From NCBI GenBank assembly GCA_015493385.1, contig WGDE01000234.1:1-40438 (forward strand): a DNA stretch of 40,438 bases. Reading direction: 5' to 3'. The notes below the pieces were generated by a model. The model worked only from the letters and a program-made list of their open reading frames with translations, did no database searches and was not told where the DNA came from. The stretch is from Phycisphaerae bacterium (GTDB lineage Bacteria > Planctomycetota > Phycisphaerae > Sedimentisphaerales > Sedimentisphaeraceae). The translations under genes and the position numbers were made by a program. This document shows, piece by piece, positions 17,339-26,683 of the stretch; positions within the stretch are counted from its first letter, which is position 1; the number at the start of each line of letters is the position of its first letter.

Positions 17339-17673
17339 TGGATAACAATATAGAAGATTTCGATGATAATAAACTCATTGCAGAGATGCGTAATACCCTT
17401 GCTGCGCAGATAGCTCATTTGCAGCGTGACAATATAGATCAGAGTCAAGATTGTAGTGAATATATTGCAGAGTTGAGCTTATCAATGTCCTCTAGGGGGA
17501 TTTTCGAGGACCATAAATTTGAGAGTGAAAGGGTTGAGATACAAAAACTCTTCGAGAAGCTATCGGTGATATTGGCTTGCCATAAAAACTTACTAGCCCA
17601 GCAGATAGAAAAACTCTCTGTTGGTCGTATGGTTGTTTCTGCATACAAAAACGGCACTCAAGCCAAAAGATAG
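17335..17673 (+). CDS. small helical hypothetical protein (possible FlgN/FliT-type chaperone)
   Basis: 112 aa, translationally coupled to the TPR gene (ATGA overlap at 17335-17338) and directly upstream of fliD. The C-terminal VSAYKNG tail resembles that of the FlgN-like ORF. The function call is speculative. Confidence 0.4.
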   Translation: MMDNNIEDFDDNKLIAEMRNTLAAQIAHLQRDNIDQSQDCSEYIAELSLSMSSRGIFEDHKFESERVEIQKLFEKLSVILACHKNLLAQQIEKLSVGRMVVSAYKNGTQAKR

Positions 17674-17693
17674 ATATCTAACGACAATATTGT

Positions 17694-17720
17694 TAATGAA
17701 GGCGTGTTTCTTGTCGATAT
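17694..17720 (+). promoter_or_regulatory. weak candidate sigma28 (FliA)-type promoter for fliD
   Basis: TAATGAAG-N11-GTCGATAT compares with the enterobacterial consensus TAAAGTTT-N11-GCCGATAA. The spacing is exact, with 4/8 and 6/8 matches. It lies 60 nt upstream of the fliD ATG. Confidence 0.3.
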
Positions 17721-17779
17721 AGACAATGAAATAGAGCTGTGAGGTTAGATTTCGGATTTATAACCGGAAGGAATTTATA

Positions 17780-19822
17780 ATGGAATTAACTGGATTAGCG
17801 ACAGGTATTGATACCGCTAAAATTGTCCAACAGCTTATGGCAATTGAAGGTCGTCATAAAGCGCAGCTTCAGCAGACAAAGAAAGATAAAGAAAGTACGG
17901 CTAAGGTTTGGGATGAGATTAAGAGTCATTTATCAGACCTAAACGCTTCCGTAGATTCTCTTGCTACTCTTAAAGATATTGACAGCTTTAAATCCAGTAT
18001 TAGCGATGCAGATGTCCTTGGTGTTAGCGTCTCTGACTCTGCACAGGAGGGTTCGTACTCCATAGAAGTTGGCAAACTTGCGACAAGCGAGAGGATTGTG
18101 CATGGTGGCAATTTTATGTATGCAACTGACTATGTAAGTGAAGGTAATTTCATATATACATATGACAACAAAGAAGTTGAGATTGCTGTTGGGGCTAATA
18201 CTACATTAGAAGACCTTGTTAATCTCATCAATAACTCTTCTGATAATCCAGGGGTTAGAGCATCATTGCTTAGTTTTGATGATGGTACTGGTCGAGAGCA
18301 TCTAGTCCTTAGCGGCACCGATAGCGGCAGTGATTATGCAATTAAGGTAAGAGATTCTAATAGCCAGGCTCTAAAATCTCAGAAATACGAATATACAGAT
18401 ACCTCAAGCGGTGATACGGTTGCTGCAGGTAAAGACACTAAATTGAGTCAACTTAGTGACTTTGATGGTCTTGTTGGCTCAACGCTGACCATTACTGCTA
18501 CTGATAACAGTGGTGCGTCTATGAACGTTGACTTCGATATTACTGAACAATCTACGCTTGGTCAGTTAGTTGATGCTATGCAGAGGGGGTTCGGCTCTTC
18601 TGCGGGTGTTACTCTAGAAGATGGAGTGATTAATGTTCTTGATACTGTTAGTGGTTCTAGCTCGCTTTCTGTAAGCTATGTAAATGACTCTTCTACCACG
18701 GTTGATTTTTCTGTGGCGACTACGGGCGGTTCAACTGTCTCTGGTATGACAGAGTTTACTGACGCATCCGCATTTACTGTAGCTCAAGCAGCGAGTGATT
18801 CACAAGTCAGGGTTGATGGATTTCCTGCGGGAGACTGGATTACGAGTAGTTCTAATTCTGTTGATGGTGTTATTGAGGGTGTAACTCTAGATTTAACACA
18901 GGTTACAGAGGCTGGAAAGAGCGTCACTCTAAACATCTCTCGTGATAGAAGCAAACTCAAAGAGAATGTTAAGGCGATGGTAGACTCGTATAATAAAGCG
19001 GTTTCCCACCTTAAAGATGTTAGCAAATATGATCCTGCAACCAAAAAAGCAGGCCCTCTTATTGGGGATATAACTGTTAGAAACCTTCTTTCTGATCTTG
19101 GCAGCAATTTTCTTGGTACAGCAGTTGGTTTTAATGACAGCGATACATACTCTATGGCATCCCAGATTGGAATAGGGTTTAATCGTGACGGCCTATTAGA
19201 GCTTGACGAGGATGTCTTTGACTCTGCGGTAGATGATGATTTTAATGCGGTCTTAGATCTTCTTGGCTCAAGTGGAAAGGGTCGCATAACTGGCGACAAT
19301 AGCTCAAATTTCTCATTCGATTTAGTTAAAGATTACACGAAGCCAGGTGACTATGAAATCTCTGCCGTTTATGATGGAACATCTCTTACTTCGGCGCAGA
19401 TTAGAAGAGTTGGCGATACAACTTGGCACGATGCAGATATCATTGGTGGAAAGATAATAGGCTCTATCACAGCTCAGGATTCAGCTGGTAATTACTATCC
19501 AGAGAGAGGTTTGCAAATTGACTTCGATCCGGGCTCTCTTACTAGCGGCACATACAATACTGTAGTGTCTATCAAACAGGGTGTGGCGGGTAGCCTCTCA
19601 GATATGGTTGATAGATATACTGATGGTAGCGATTCTATTCTTTCGATAAAGAAGAGTAGCCTAGATAAAATGATTCAGTCAATACAGGACTCCATAGACA
19701 GAGAAAGCACAAGGCTGGACAAAAAAGAATCTCGTATGAAACTTAAATATGCACGACTTGAGGCTCAAATGCAACAGCTACAGCAGAGTATGAGTGCTGC
19801 TGGGATATTGCCAAAAAAATAG
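17780..19822 (+). CDS. fliD: flagellar filament cap protein FliD (hook-associated protein 2)
   Basis: 680 aa. N-terminus GLATGIDTAKIVQQLMAIEGRHKAQLQQ and C-terminal coiled coil KYARLEAQMQQLQQSMSAAG. Confidence 0.9.
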   Translation: MELTGLATGIDTAKIVQQLMAIEGRHKAQLQQTKKDKESTAKVWDEIKSHLSDLNASVDSLATLKDIDSFKSSISDADVLGVSVSDSAQEGSYSIEVGKLATSERIVHGGNFMYATDYVSEGNFIYTYDNKEVEIAVGANTTLEDLVNLINNSSDNPGVRASLLSFDDGTGREHLVLSGTDSGSDYAIKVRDSNSQALKSQKYEYTDTSSGDTVAAGKDTKLSQLSDFDGLVGSTLTITATDNSGASMNVDFDITEQSTLGQLVDAMQRGFGSSAGVTLEDGVINVLDTVSGSSSLSVSYVNDSSTTVDFSVATTGGSTVSGMTEFTDASAFTVAQAASDSQVRVDGFPAGDWITSSSNSVDGVIEGVTLDLTQVTEAGKSVTLNISRDRSKLKENVKAMVDSYNKAVSHLKDVSKYDPATKKAGPLIGDITVRNLLSDLGSNFLGTAVGFNDSDTYSMASQIGIGFNRDGLLELDEDVFDSAVDDDFNAVLDLLGSSGKGRITGDNSSNFSFDLVKDYTKPGDYEISAVYDGTSLTSAQIRRVGDTTWHDADIIGGKIIGSITAQDSAGNYYPERGLQIDFDPGSLTSGTYNTVVSIKQGVAGSLSDMVDRYTDGSDSILSIKKSSLDKMIQSIQDSIDRESTRLDKKESRMKLKYARLEAQMQQLQQSMSAAGILPKK

Positions 19823-19858
19823 TGAGTGTTAAGAGTTTAGTGCTGATATGGCAGTTTA

Positions 19859-19889
19859 ATGCTTGGGTATGAATATCCAAGCATTTTTT
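19859..19889 (+). terminator. rho-independent terminator after fliD
   Basis: ATGCTTGG (19859-19866) pairs with CCAAGCAT (19877-19884) and is followed by TTTTT. Confidence 0.75.
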
Positions 19890-19906
19890 GACCATAGGAG
19901 GGGTGT

Positions 19907-20806
19907 ATGATTACAACCAAGCAAAGAGATGATGCATCTTTGGACCATATGTATCAGGATGGAGGTAGTAGTAGCAGCGCTAAGAATTTTGTAAGAGAAA
20001 TCTCTGAAAATCAAAAATATGACCCAAAGCTCTCAGAGAAAGAATTTTCAAAGGTCATATCTAATATTGGTGTTAAAAAAGCGAATACTCATATTTGGCA
20101 ACTATTTTTGCTCGGCGTGCTGTCTGGTATTTATGTTAGTTTTGGCGGGCAGTTATTTTTAAACGCAATGGCTAATGGAATGGGGAATATGGTAGGCGGT
20201 CTGTTTTTCTCCATTGGGCTTGTACTTGTCCATATTGCGGGCGCTGAGATGTTTACTGGTAACATCATAATGCTTGTTGGGACCATCACAGGTTTGTTTA
20301 AGGTTAAAAGGCTATTTAGAAATTGGGTGACGGTCTATTCAGCGAATCTAACCGGTGGAATACTTATGGCAATACTAATATGGAAAGCTGGGTTGCTCGG
20401 TGAATTTGGCCATCTAAACGGAGTTGGCAAGGCTGCATCAACTCTTGCGGCATCTAAGCTTTCCCTCTCGTTTGGGCAATGTATTTTGAGGGGCATCCTT
20501 TGCAATATGCTTGTTATATTGGCATTAATAATGGCGACTATGGCAAGAGATATTATCTCAAAGGTGATTTGTGTTGTTCTGCCAATCACAACATTCGTTG
20601 CTTGTGGGTTTGAGCATTCTATTGCCAATATGTTCTTTCTTCCTCTTGGTCTCTTAGCAGATGGGGTGCCACTATTGAAGCAGTGGGTGATATTTAGCAA
20701 TCTTATTCCCGTTACCATTGGTAATCTCATTGGTGGCATGGCTATTATTCTTATCCATCCAAACAGAATTAAACAAATCAAACTATTACGCAGAGGTGTG
20801 AGATAA
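19907..20806 (+). CDS. formate/nitrite transporter (FNT) family channel, paralogue 1
   Basis: 299 aa, polytopic. FNT signatures are AGAEMFTGN and FVACGFEHSIANMF (central His). SD GGAGGGG precedes the ATG. Confidence 0.85.
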   Translation: MITTKQRDDASLDHMYQDGGSSSSAKNFVREISENQKYDPKLSEKEFSKVISNIGVKKANTHIWQLFLLGVLSGIYVSFGGQLFLNAMANGMGNMVGGLFFSIGLVLVHIAGAEMFTGNIIMLVGTITGLFKVKRLFRNWVTVYSANLTGGILMAILIWKAGLLGEFGHLNGVGKAASTLAASKLSLSFGQCILRGILCNMLVILALIMATMARDIISKVICVVLPITTFVACGFEHSIANMFFLPLGLLADGVPLLKQWVIFSNLIPVTIGNLIGGMAIILIHPNRIKQIKLLRRGVR

Positions 20807-21654
20807 TGGGCGTCGCAGCTACTCCTGACTCCAGCCGTAGCAACGACATCGCTAACTCAGGTTACGATCCAAAGCTATCCAATAAAGAATTTTCAAAAGC
20901 AATTTCTGTGCTTGGTATTAAGAAGGCAAATACCCATCTATGGCAACTTATGTTGCTTGGTATCTTGGCTGGAATCTATATTGGTTTAGGTGCGCAGTTG
21001 TATCTGGTTGCAATCAGTAGTGGTCTCGGCAAGATTGTTGGCGGAATCGTCTTTTCGGTTGGCCTTGTACTGGTTTTAATCGCTGGCGCAGAACTCTTTA
21101 CCGGTAATGTTATAATGCTTGTCGGGACCGTTACAGGATTGTTTTCGTTTAGAAAACTATTGCGCAATTGGACAACTGTCTACGTTGCAAATTTTCTTGG
21201 TTCTATCCTAACAGCAATCTTAATCTGGCAGGGTGGATTACTAGGTTCTGTTGATAAGTTAAACGCGCTTGGTGCATTGGCGGTTAGCGTCTCTAAATAC
21301 AAACTCTCGCTAACATTTGGAGAGTGTGTTATCAGAGGCATTCTCTGTAATGCTTTGGTTATCTTGGCAATTATAATGTCTACAATGGCAAAGGATATCA
21401 TCTCAAAGATAGTATGTATCATATTTCCGATTATGACTTTTGTTGCCTGTGGTTTTGAGCATTGCGTTGCAAATATGTTTTTGATTCCCTTGGGATTGCT
21501 AGCCGGTGGAGCTACTCTCTCAGAGATGACTGCTATGTTTCACAATATAGTTCCCGTTACGATAGGAAATGTCATTGGAGGAGTCGCTATTCTTCTCATA
21601 CATCCAAATAGAATAAGACAGTTAAAAATTCTGCGCAGCTCATCGAAAATATAG
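20806..21654 (+). CDS. formate/nitrite transporter (FNT) family channel, paralogue 2
   Basis: 282 aa with AGAELFTGN and FVACGFEHCVANMF. It overlaps paralogue 1 by TAATG. A hand alignment of the first ~130 shared residues gave 87/128 identities. Confidence 0.85.
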   Translation: MGVAATPDSSRSNDIANSGYDPKLSNKEFSKAISVLGIKKANTHLWQLMLLGILAGIYIGLGAQLYLVAISSGLGKIVGGIVFSVGLVLVLIAGAELFTGNVIMLVGTVTGLFSFRKLLRNWTTVYVANFLGSILTAILIWQGGLLGSVDKLNALGALAVSVSKYKLSLTFGECVIRGILCNALVILAIIMSTMAKDIISKIVCIIFPIMTFVACGFEHCVANMFLIPLGLLAGGATLSEMTAMFHNIVPVTIGNVIGGVAILLIHPNRIRQLKILRSSSKI

Positions 21655-21670
21655 GGTGCATATAGAAATG

Positions 21671-21710
21671 AAAAAGGCTCTAAGCGAATTGGACGCTTAG
21701 AGCCTTTTTT
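21671..21710. terminator. bidirectional rho-independent terminator between FNT-2 (+) and typA (-)
   Basis: AAAAA-GGCTCTAAGCG (21676-21686), a 7-nt loop, then CGCTTAGAGCC (21694-21704)-TTTTTT. An A-run upstream and a T-run downstream allow function on both strands. Confidence 0.8.
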
Positions 21711-21733
21711 ACAATAAGGGTTTGAGGGAAACC

Positions 21734-23593
21734 TTATTTCTTTGCGGCTCTTGAAGCTCTTTTTCTATCCGTTTCTTTTAGAAGCTTCTTACGCATTCTG
21801 ATATTGCTAGGGGTAATCTCTACTAGCTCATCTTCTTGGATATATTCTAGTGCAGCCTCTAGGCTAAAGATTCTTGCCGGTCTTACCTTGGCAGAATCAT
21901 CTTTGCCAGAGGTTCGCATATTTGTTAGTTGTTTCTGTCTTGTTGCGTTTACCGGTATATCTTTATCTTTGCAGTGTTCGCCCACAATCTGCCCCTCATA
22001 GACAGTATCGCCAGGCTGAACGAAGAAGAAACCTCTGTCAAATAGTGCGTCAAGTGAATATGGCGTCACAGTTCCTTGGTCAGTAGCAATCATAACTCCG
22101 GCAAGCCTTTGAGGGATAGTGCCACGCATTGGCTCGTATCTCTCAAATGTGTGGTGCATAATTGCACGTCCTTGAGTTGCGTTCAACATTCTAGCATGCA
22201 ATCCAAACAGGCCTCTTGATGGAATCATAAATTCCATATGCACAAAATCGTCAGCGCCTGGCTTAGAATCCATTTTAATCATTTCACTTCTGCGGTCTCC
22301 TAACAGACTCATTACCGCATTCTGGCAATCAGCAGGGCAATCAACCGCTAAGAGCTCTATCGGCTCTTGGGTGATTCCATCTAGTTTACGGTAGATAACT
22401 TCAGGTTTTCCAACGCAGACCTCAAAACCTTCTCGTCTCATATTCTCAAGTAAAATGCCAAGATGCATAAGTCCGCGTCCACTTACCTTGAACTCTTCGC
22501 CGCTGGCGCCGGGTTCTACCCTTAGCGCAACGTTAACTTGAAGCTCTTTCATAAGCCTATCGTGAATCTGGCGACTCGTAACAAACTTGCCTTCTTTGCC
22601 AGCAAGAGGACCATTGTTAACGCAGAATGTCATTGTCATTGTTGGCTCATCTACGGTTATAATTGGAAGCTGGCTAGGTTCGTCTGGACAGGCAATAGTA
22701 TTTCCAATGTCTACGGGATCAAGTCCCGCTATTGCGCAGATATCGCCAGCTTCAATCTCATCAGCATCAACCTTGCCCAGGCCCTTGAATTGATAGAGTT
22801 TCACAACCTTTTGTAGGGTGTGGTTTCCCTCATCGTCTATTACTGTAACCCTCTGCGCCTGCTTTACTTTACCAGCAAACACTCTTCCGATAGATATTTT
22901 TCCAACATACTCAGAGTAATCAAGAGTTGTCACCAGCATTTGTAGTGGTGCATCTGGGTTTGCTTCTGGCGGTGGAACCTTACCAATTATTGCATCGAAT
23001 ACAGGTTTCATATTGTCGTTGTTGTCATCCATACTGACTCTTGCCCAGCCTTGTTTTGCAGAGGCAAATACGATTGGGAAATCAAGGGCATCATCATCGG
23101 CGTTAAGTTGAACTAGAAGGTCAAATACTTCATCAACCACATCGTCAGGACGTGAGTCTGGCCTGTCAGCTTTGTTTACAACCAAGATTGGTTTGAGTTT
23201 GTTTTCAAGTGCCTTACCAAGAACGAAACGTGTTTGCGGCATTGGTCCCTCAAATGCGTCAACGACGAGAATTACTCCGTCCGCCATTTTGAGAACACGT
23301 TCTACCTCACCACCAAAATCGGCGTGGCCAGGAGTGTCGAGAATGTTAATCTTATACTCTTGCCCCTCTTCGTTGGTGTAGTCGACAGCGCAGTTCTTCG
23401 AGAGGATTGTGATTCCACGCTCTCTCTCAAGTGGATCAGAGTCCATGATTAGATTGTGTTGGCCTCCAGCTAATTTGTCGAGATCTGCATTTCTAAACAT
23501 TCCAGATTGATATAAGAGCTGGTCAACCAATGTTGTCTTTCCATGGTCAACGTGGGCGATTATTGCTACGTTTCTTAGATAATTTCTTGACAT
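21734..23593 (-). CDS. typA: translational GTPase TypA/BipA
   Basis: 619 aa with [20 protein letters not shown] (G1), [14 protein letters not shown] (G3) and NKADR (G4). Length and domain order are typical of BipA. Confidence 0.9.
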   Translation of the reverse strand: MSRNYLRNVAIIAHVDHGKTTLVDQLLYQSGMFRNADLDKLAGGQHNLIMDSDPLERERGITILSKNCAVDYTNEEGQEYKINILDTPGHADFGGEVERVLKMADGVILVVDAFEGPMPQTRFVLGKALENKLKPILVVNKADRPDSRPDDVVDEVFDLLVQLNADDDALDFPIVFASAKQGWARVSMDDNNDNMKPVFDAIIGKVPPPEANPDAPLQMLVTTLDYSEYVGKISIGRVFAGKVKQAQRVTVIDDEGNHTLQKVVKLYQFKGLGKVDADEIEAGDICAIAGLDPVDIGNTIACPDEPSQLPIITVDEPTMTMTFCVNNGPLAGKEGKFVTSRQIHDRLMKELQVNVALRVEPGASGEEFKVSGRGLMHLGILLENMRREGFEVCVGKPEVIYRKLDGITQEPIELLAVDCPADCQNAVMSLLGDRRSEMIKMDSKPGADDFVHMEFMIPSRGLFGLHARMLNATQGRAIMHHTFERYEPMRGTIPQRLAGVMIATDQGTVTPYSLDALFDRGFFFVQPGDTVYEGQIVGEHCKDKDIPVNATRQKQLTNMRTSGKDDSAKVRPARIFSLEAALEYIQEDELVEITPSNIRMRKKLLKETDRKRASRAAKK

Positions 23594-23790
23594 AATGAAC
23601 CAATTATAAAGTTAATAGTGGGCTATTCTCAAGAGAAATGCCCTGATTTAAGTTAGTACGCACCGTTGCTTTGGATATGGCAAGGGTAATCCAAGAGTCT
23701 ATCAACGAGAGATATTTTGTCAATGAAAATGTTTTCTCTGCTGCGCTAAATACTGTTATTACTGTGGTTTATGGGGAATAAATACGCCTT

Positions 23791-23807
23791 TTAGTTGTTA
23801 GTGGTTA
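23791..23807 (+). repeat. short intergenic repeat family R4 (TTAGTTGTTAGTGGTTA), copy 1
   Basis: This 17-mer is identical to 30253-30269. The 15-mer AGTTGTTAGTGGTCA at 26684-26698 differs at one position. All copies are intergenic. Confidence 0.55.
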
Positions 23808-23842
23808 CGAGTAAAACAGGAGCTTCTGCGCTTAGTCAAAGG

Positions 23843-23957
23843 CCGGTTGCAGCTGTTCCTGCTTTACGGCACAACCCATAAACCACGCTCAACCCCACCA
23901 AGAAGATATCACTATGCTGTCACGAATAAACCGAAAATAGGCAATTGTCCCCTAATT
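23843..23957 (+). repeat. intergenic repeat family R2, copy b
   Basis: Reads ccggttgcagctgttcctgctttacggcacaacccata … aaaccgaaaataggcaattgtcccctaatt. It matches the reverse complement of 3019-3098, with a ~35-nt extra segment between the two conserved blocks. It is followed by gcgggtttttt (23963-23973). Confidence 0.7.
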
Positions 23958-24192
23958 GAGATTGCGGGTTTTTTATGAAAAAGTCACTGTTTATGCAGAA
24001 AATGGTTTTTTTTGAGATAAAAATATTGTTTTTAAAACTAATTCATGTATATATGTTGCTCTGTATCGGTTGCCATCGCAGACGCTTTTGGGAAGTTTTG
24101 CTCCTAATTGAAAGATCCCGTAGGTAACTATTTAATATTTTAGCGGCCTTTTAATTGGCTGCGTAAGCAAAACAATTGCAGGAGAAACAAAA

Positions 24193-24807
24193 ATGGGTAA
24201 TTATTGTGGTCCAAAGGTAAGACTAACACGTGCCTTGGGTGCTCCAATCGCTGAGACACCAAAACACGTAAACGTCAAGAATCAAAACCGTCCAGGTCAG
24301 CATGGATATCGTAGGGGTAGAGTTACTCTTTACGGTACTCAGCTTAAAGAAAAGAAGAAAATTGCTTGCTACTACAATATCCAAAACAAGCAATTCCGCA
24401 GCTATATGAAACTTGCTGAAAAGTCAAGAGTGTCAACTGATAGAGCTCTTCAGGTTCTTCTTGAGACTAGACTAGACAACGTTGTACGTCGCTTGCGTTG
24501 GGCAAGAACTATCTGGCAAGCACGCCAAATGGTTTCACACGGTCACTTCCTTATTAACGGTAAGAAAGTAGACCTTCCTTCTGTAAGGGTTAAAGTTGGC
24601 GATGTTATCGAAGTTAAAGAACGTAGCAAAAAGTTCATCACAGACACAATCGAGACTACAGCTGCAGTTGGTTTCGCTGTTCCTGAGTGGATTTCTTCTG
24701 ACGACGCTAAGCTAAAGGCTACTATTGAGCGTATGCCAGAGCATGATGAAGTACGTCTTCCGTTCGAAGTAGACTACACAAAGATTATCGAATTCTTCAC
24801 TCGCTAA
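24193..24807 (+). CDS. rpsD: 30S ribosomal protein S4
   Basis: 204 aa with MGNYCGPKVRLTRALG… and the S4 RNA-binding domain LETRLDNVVRRLRWARTIWQARQMVSHGHFLINGKKVDLPS. SD AGGAG precedes the ATG. Confidence 0.92.
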   Translation: MGNYCGPKVRLTRALGAPIAETPKHVNVKNQNRPGQHGYRRGRVTLYGTQLKEKKKIACYYNIQNKQFRSYMKLAEKSRVSTDRALQVLLETRLDNVVRRLRWARTIWQARQMVSHGHFLINGKKVDLPSVRVKVGDVIEVKERSKKFITDTIETTAAVGFAVPEWISSDDAKLKATIERMPEHDEVRLPFEVDYTKIIEFFTR

Positions 24808-24831
24808 GCGAGTTAAAAGATGGATATATAA

Positions 24832-24861
24832 GGGCAGACCATTTTGGTCTGCCTTTTTTTT
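24832..24861 (+). terminator. rho-independent terminator after rpsD
   Basis: GGCAGACC (24833-24840) pairs with GGTCTGCC (24846-24853) and is followed by T8. Confidence 0.85.
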
Positions 24862-25122
24862 AGTCATGAAGGGGCGTAGAGTGATGACTGAGAGTAAGCA
24901 TTCGCTAGTGCTTGAGATTTTGATTCCCGTGCCTTTTAAAACCTGTTTACTATGAATGGCTTGAAGATTATAAGACTAGTTGTAGCTGTGGTTATTTGAA
25001 AAATGGAGAGGTTTCTTTTTATAGGTTCTGTAACTTCACCTATTTATTTGATACATTGGTTGGCAAATACCGATTATCTTAGAGGTTTTCTAAATTAATA
25101 CAATTTAAGATTTTGGAAGATT

Positions 25123-26676
25123 ATGTCCTTAATATTTCGCGTTATCTTACTCGTTTTAACAATAAGTTCACTTACCTACGCTCTTGAACCTGCGCAAGTT
25201 TTAGTTTTGGCGAACTCTGATATTCCTGAATCTATTGAGGTTGCGCATCACTATATTGAGGCAAGAGAAATTCCGAAAGGTAATCTGCTTACACTTGGAT
25301 TAGGCTCGAAGCTTGCCAGTGATATTTCCAGAGAGAATTACCAAGCTAAGGTCGCATTGCCAGTATTGAACTACCTCAAGACCCGCGATGCGCAAAATAA
25401 GATTAAATGTATCGTCACAACATACGGCATTCCATATCGAATTGAGAATGTAGATTCTAGCAAGATTGATAAATCGCTCAAAAATAAGCTCATATCTCGC
25501 CGCAAAGAATATTTCGATAAAGTCAGGGCGATTTATGTAGAGCTTCTTAGCCTTAACGCCCAGCACGATATCTCTAAGGCCTTACCTAAATTCAAAACGA
25601 CAGGAGAGCTCTTATCCAAGACCGATGCGCAATTAAAGAGTGAGCTAAAGCGTATCTCTAGACTGGCCAACAATTCCGCAAACAAAAGCGAGTCTAGAGC
25701 ATATTCAAGATTGTATCGCAGATTCTATGGCTACTATAGCTGGACGAAGGTAATCCCCAAACTCTTGGATATCGACGGTAGCGGTGATTATAAAAAAGTT
25801 TTAGATTGTCAGCTAAAACTCAAACAGGCGAGCGTAAAGAAGATCTCGCTCTCTGAGAAACTTGACTCCCACTACTACGAATCAATCGCGGCGGTTGCAG
25901 GAGAGGCGAAGTCTCTTGATTTATTAACGATGCAAGAGAGGTCGCTCTCTGGCAAAGAAACTTTGGCGGCTCTTGATAGTGAATTGTCTATGCTTAAGTT
26001 TGGTGATTATGAGCTTTATCGTTGGCAACCTAACGAGCTCAAAAATAGAGTCTTCTGGCTTGACGTTAAAACTATTATGGTCTCACGGCTTGATGGGCCA
26101 ACCCCGGCGATAGCTAAAGCTCTAGTCGATAAGGCAATGCGAGCTGAGAAGAAAGGGCTTTTCGCAACCGCCTACTTCGATGCGCGTGGATACAGTGGAA
26201 ACAAGAGCAAGGGTGAGTTTGAGAAGTACGACAGTTCAATACTCCGCGCAGCCGAACATTTCAAGAAGCTTGGCTGGAGAGTAGAAGTTGAGAATACAGA
26301 AAAGCTCTTTCCAGCAAATAGCTGCCCAGACGCAGGGATTTACTGCGGTTGGTATAGCCTCAAGAAATATATAGACTCATTTAGTTTTGTAGATGGTGCT
26401 GTTGGATATCACATTGCAAGTTGGGAGGCGGTTCATCTGCGCAGCACTAAAAGTGGAGAGTGGGTGCCAAACTTATTAGCTAAAGGAATTACTGCAACAA
26501 TAGGAGCGGTGAGTGAGCCATACCTAAGCGCATTCCCAATGCCAGACGCCTTCTTCTCAAACCTCTCTAGCGGCAGACAAATAGTAGAGGCATACTACAG
26601 AAGCAACCCATTCAATTCATGGCAAATGCTTCTAATCGCAGACCCACTATACAGACCATTTTCGCATCCTCAGTAA
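25123..26676 (+). CDS. secreted hypothetical protein (possibly TIGR03790-type; family assignment tentative)
   Basis: 517-aa ORF with an N-terminal signal peptide (MSLIFRVILLVLTISSLTYALEP). The N-terminus VLVLANSDIPESIEVAHHYIEAREIPKGNLL resembles my recollection of the TIGR03790 family. No catalytic motif was recognised. Confidence 0.55.
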   Translation: MSLIFRVILLVLTISSLTYALEPAQVLVLANSDIPESIEVAHHYIEAREIPKGNLLTLGLGSKLASDISRENYQAKVALPVLNYLKTRDAQNKIKCIVTTYGIPYRIENVDSSKIDKSLKNKLISRRKEYFDKVRAIYVELLSLNAQHDISKALPKFKTTGELLSKTDAQLKSELKRISRLANNSANKSESRAYSRLYRRFYGYYSWTKVIPKLLDIDGSGDYKKVLDCQLKLKQASVKKISLSEKLDSHYYESIAAVAGEAKSLDLLTMQERSLSGKETLAALDSELSMLKFGDYELYRWQPNELKNRVFWLDVKTIMVSRLDGPTPAIAKALVDKAMRAEKKGLFATAYFDARGYSGNKSKGEFEKYDSSILRAAEHFKKLGWRVEVENTEKLFPANSCPDAGIYCGWYSLKKYIDSFSFVDGAVGYHIASWEAVHLRSTKSGEWVPNLLAKGITATIGAVSEPYLSAFPMPDAFFSNLSSGRQIVEAYYRSNPFNSWQMLLIADPLYRPFSHPQ

Positions 26677-26683
26677 GAGGGGC

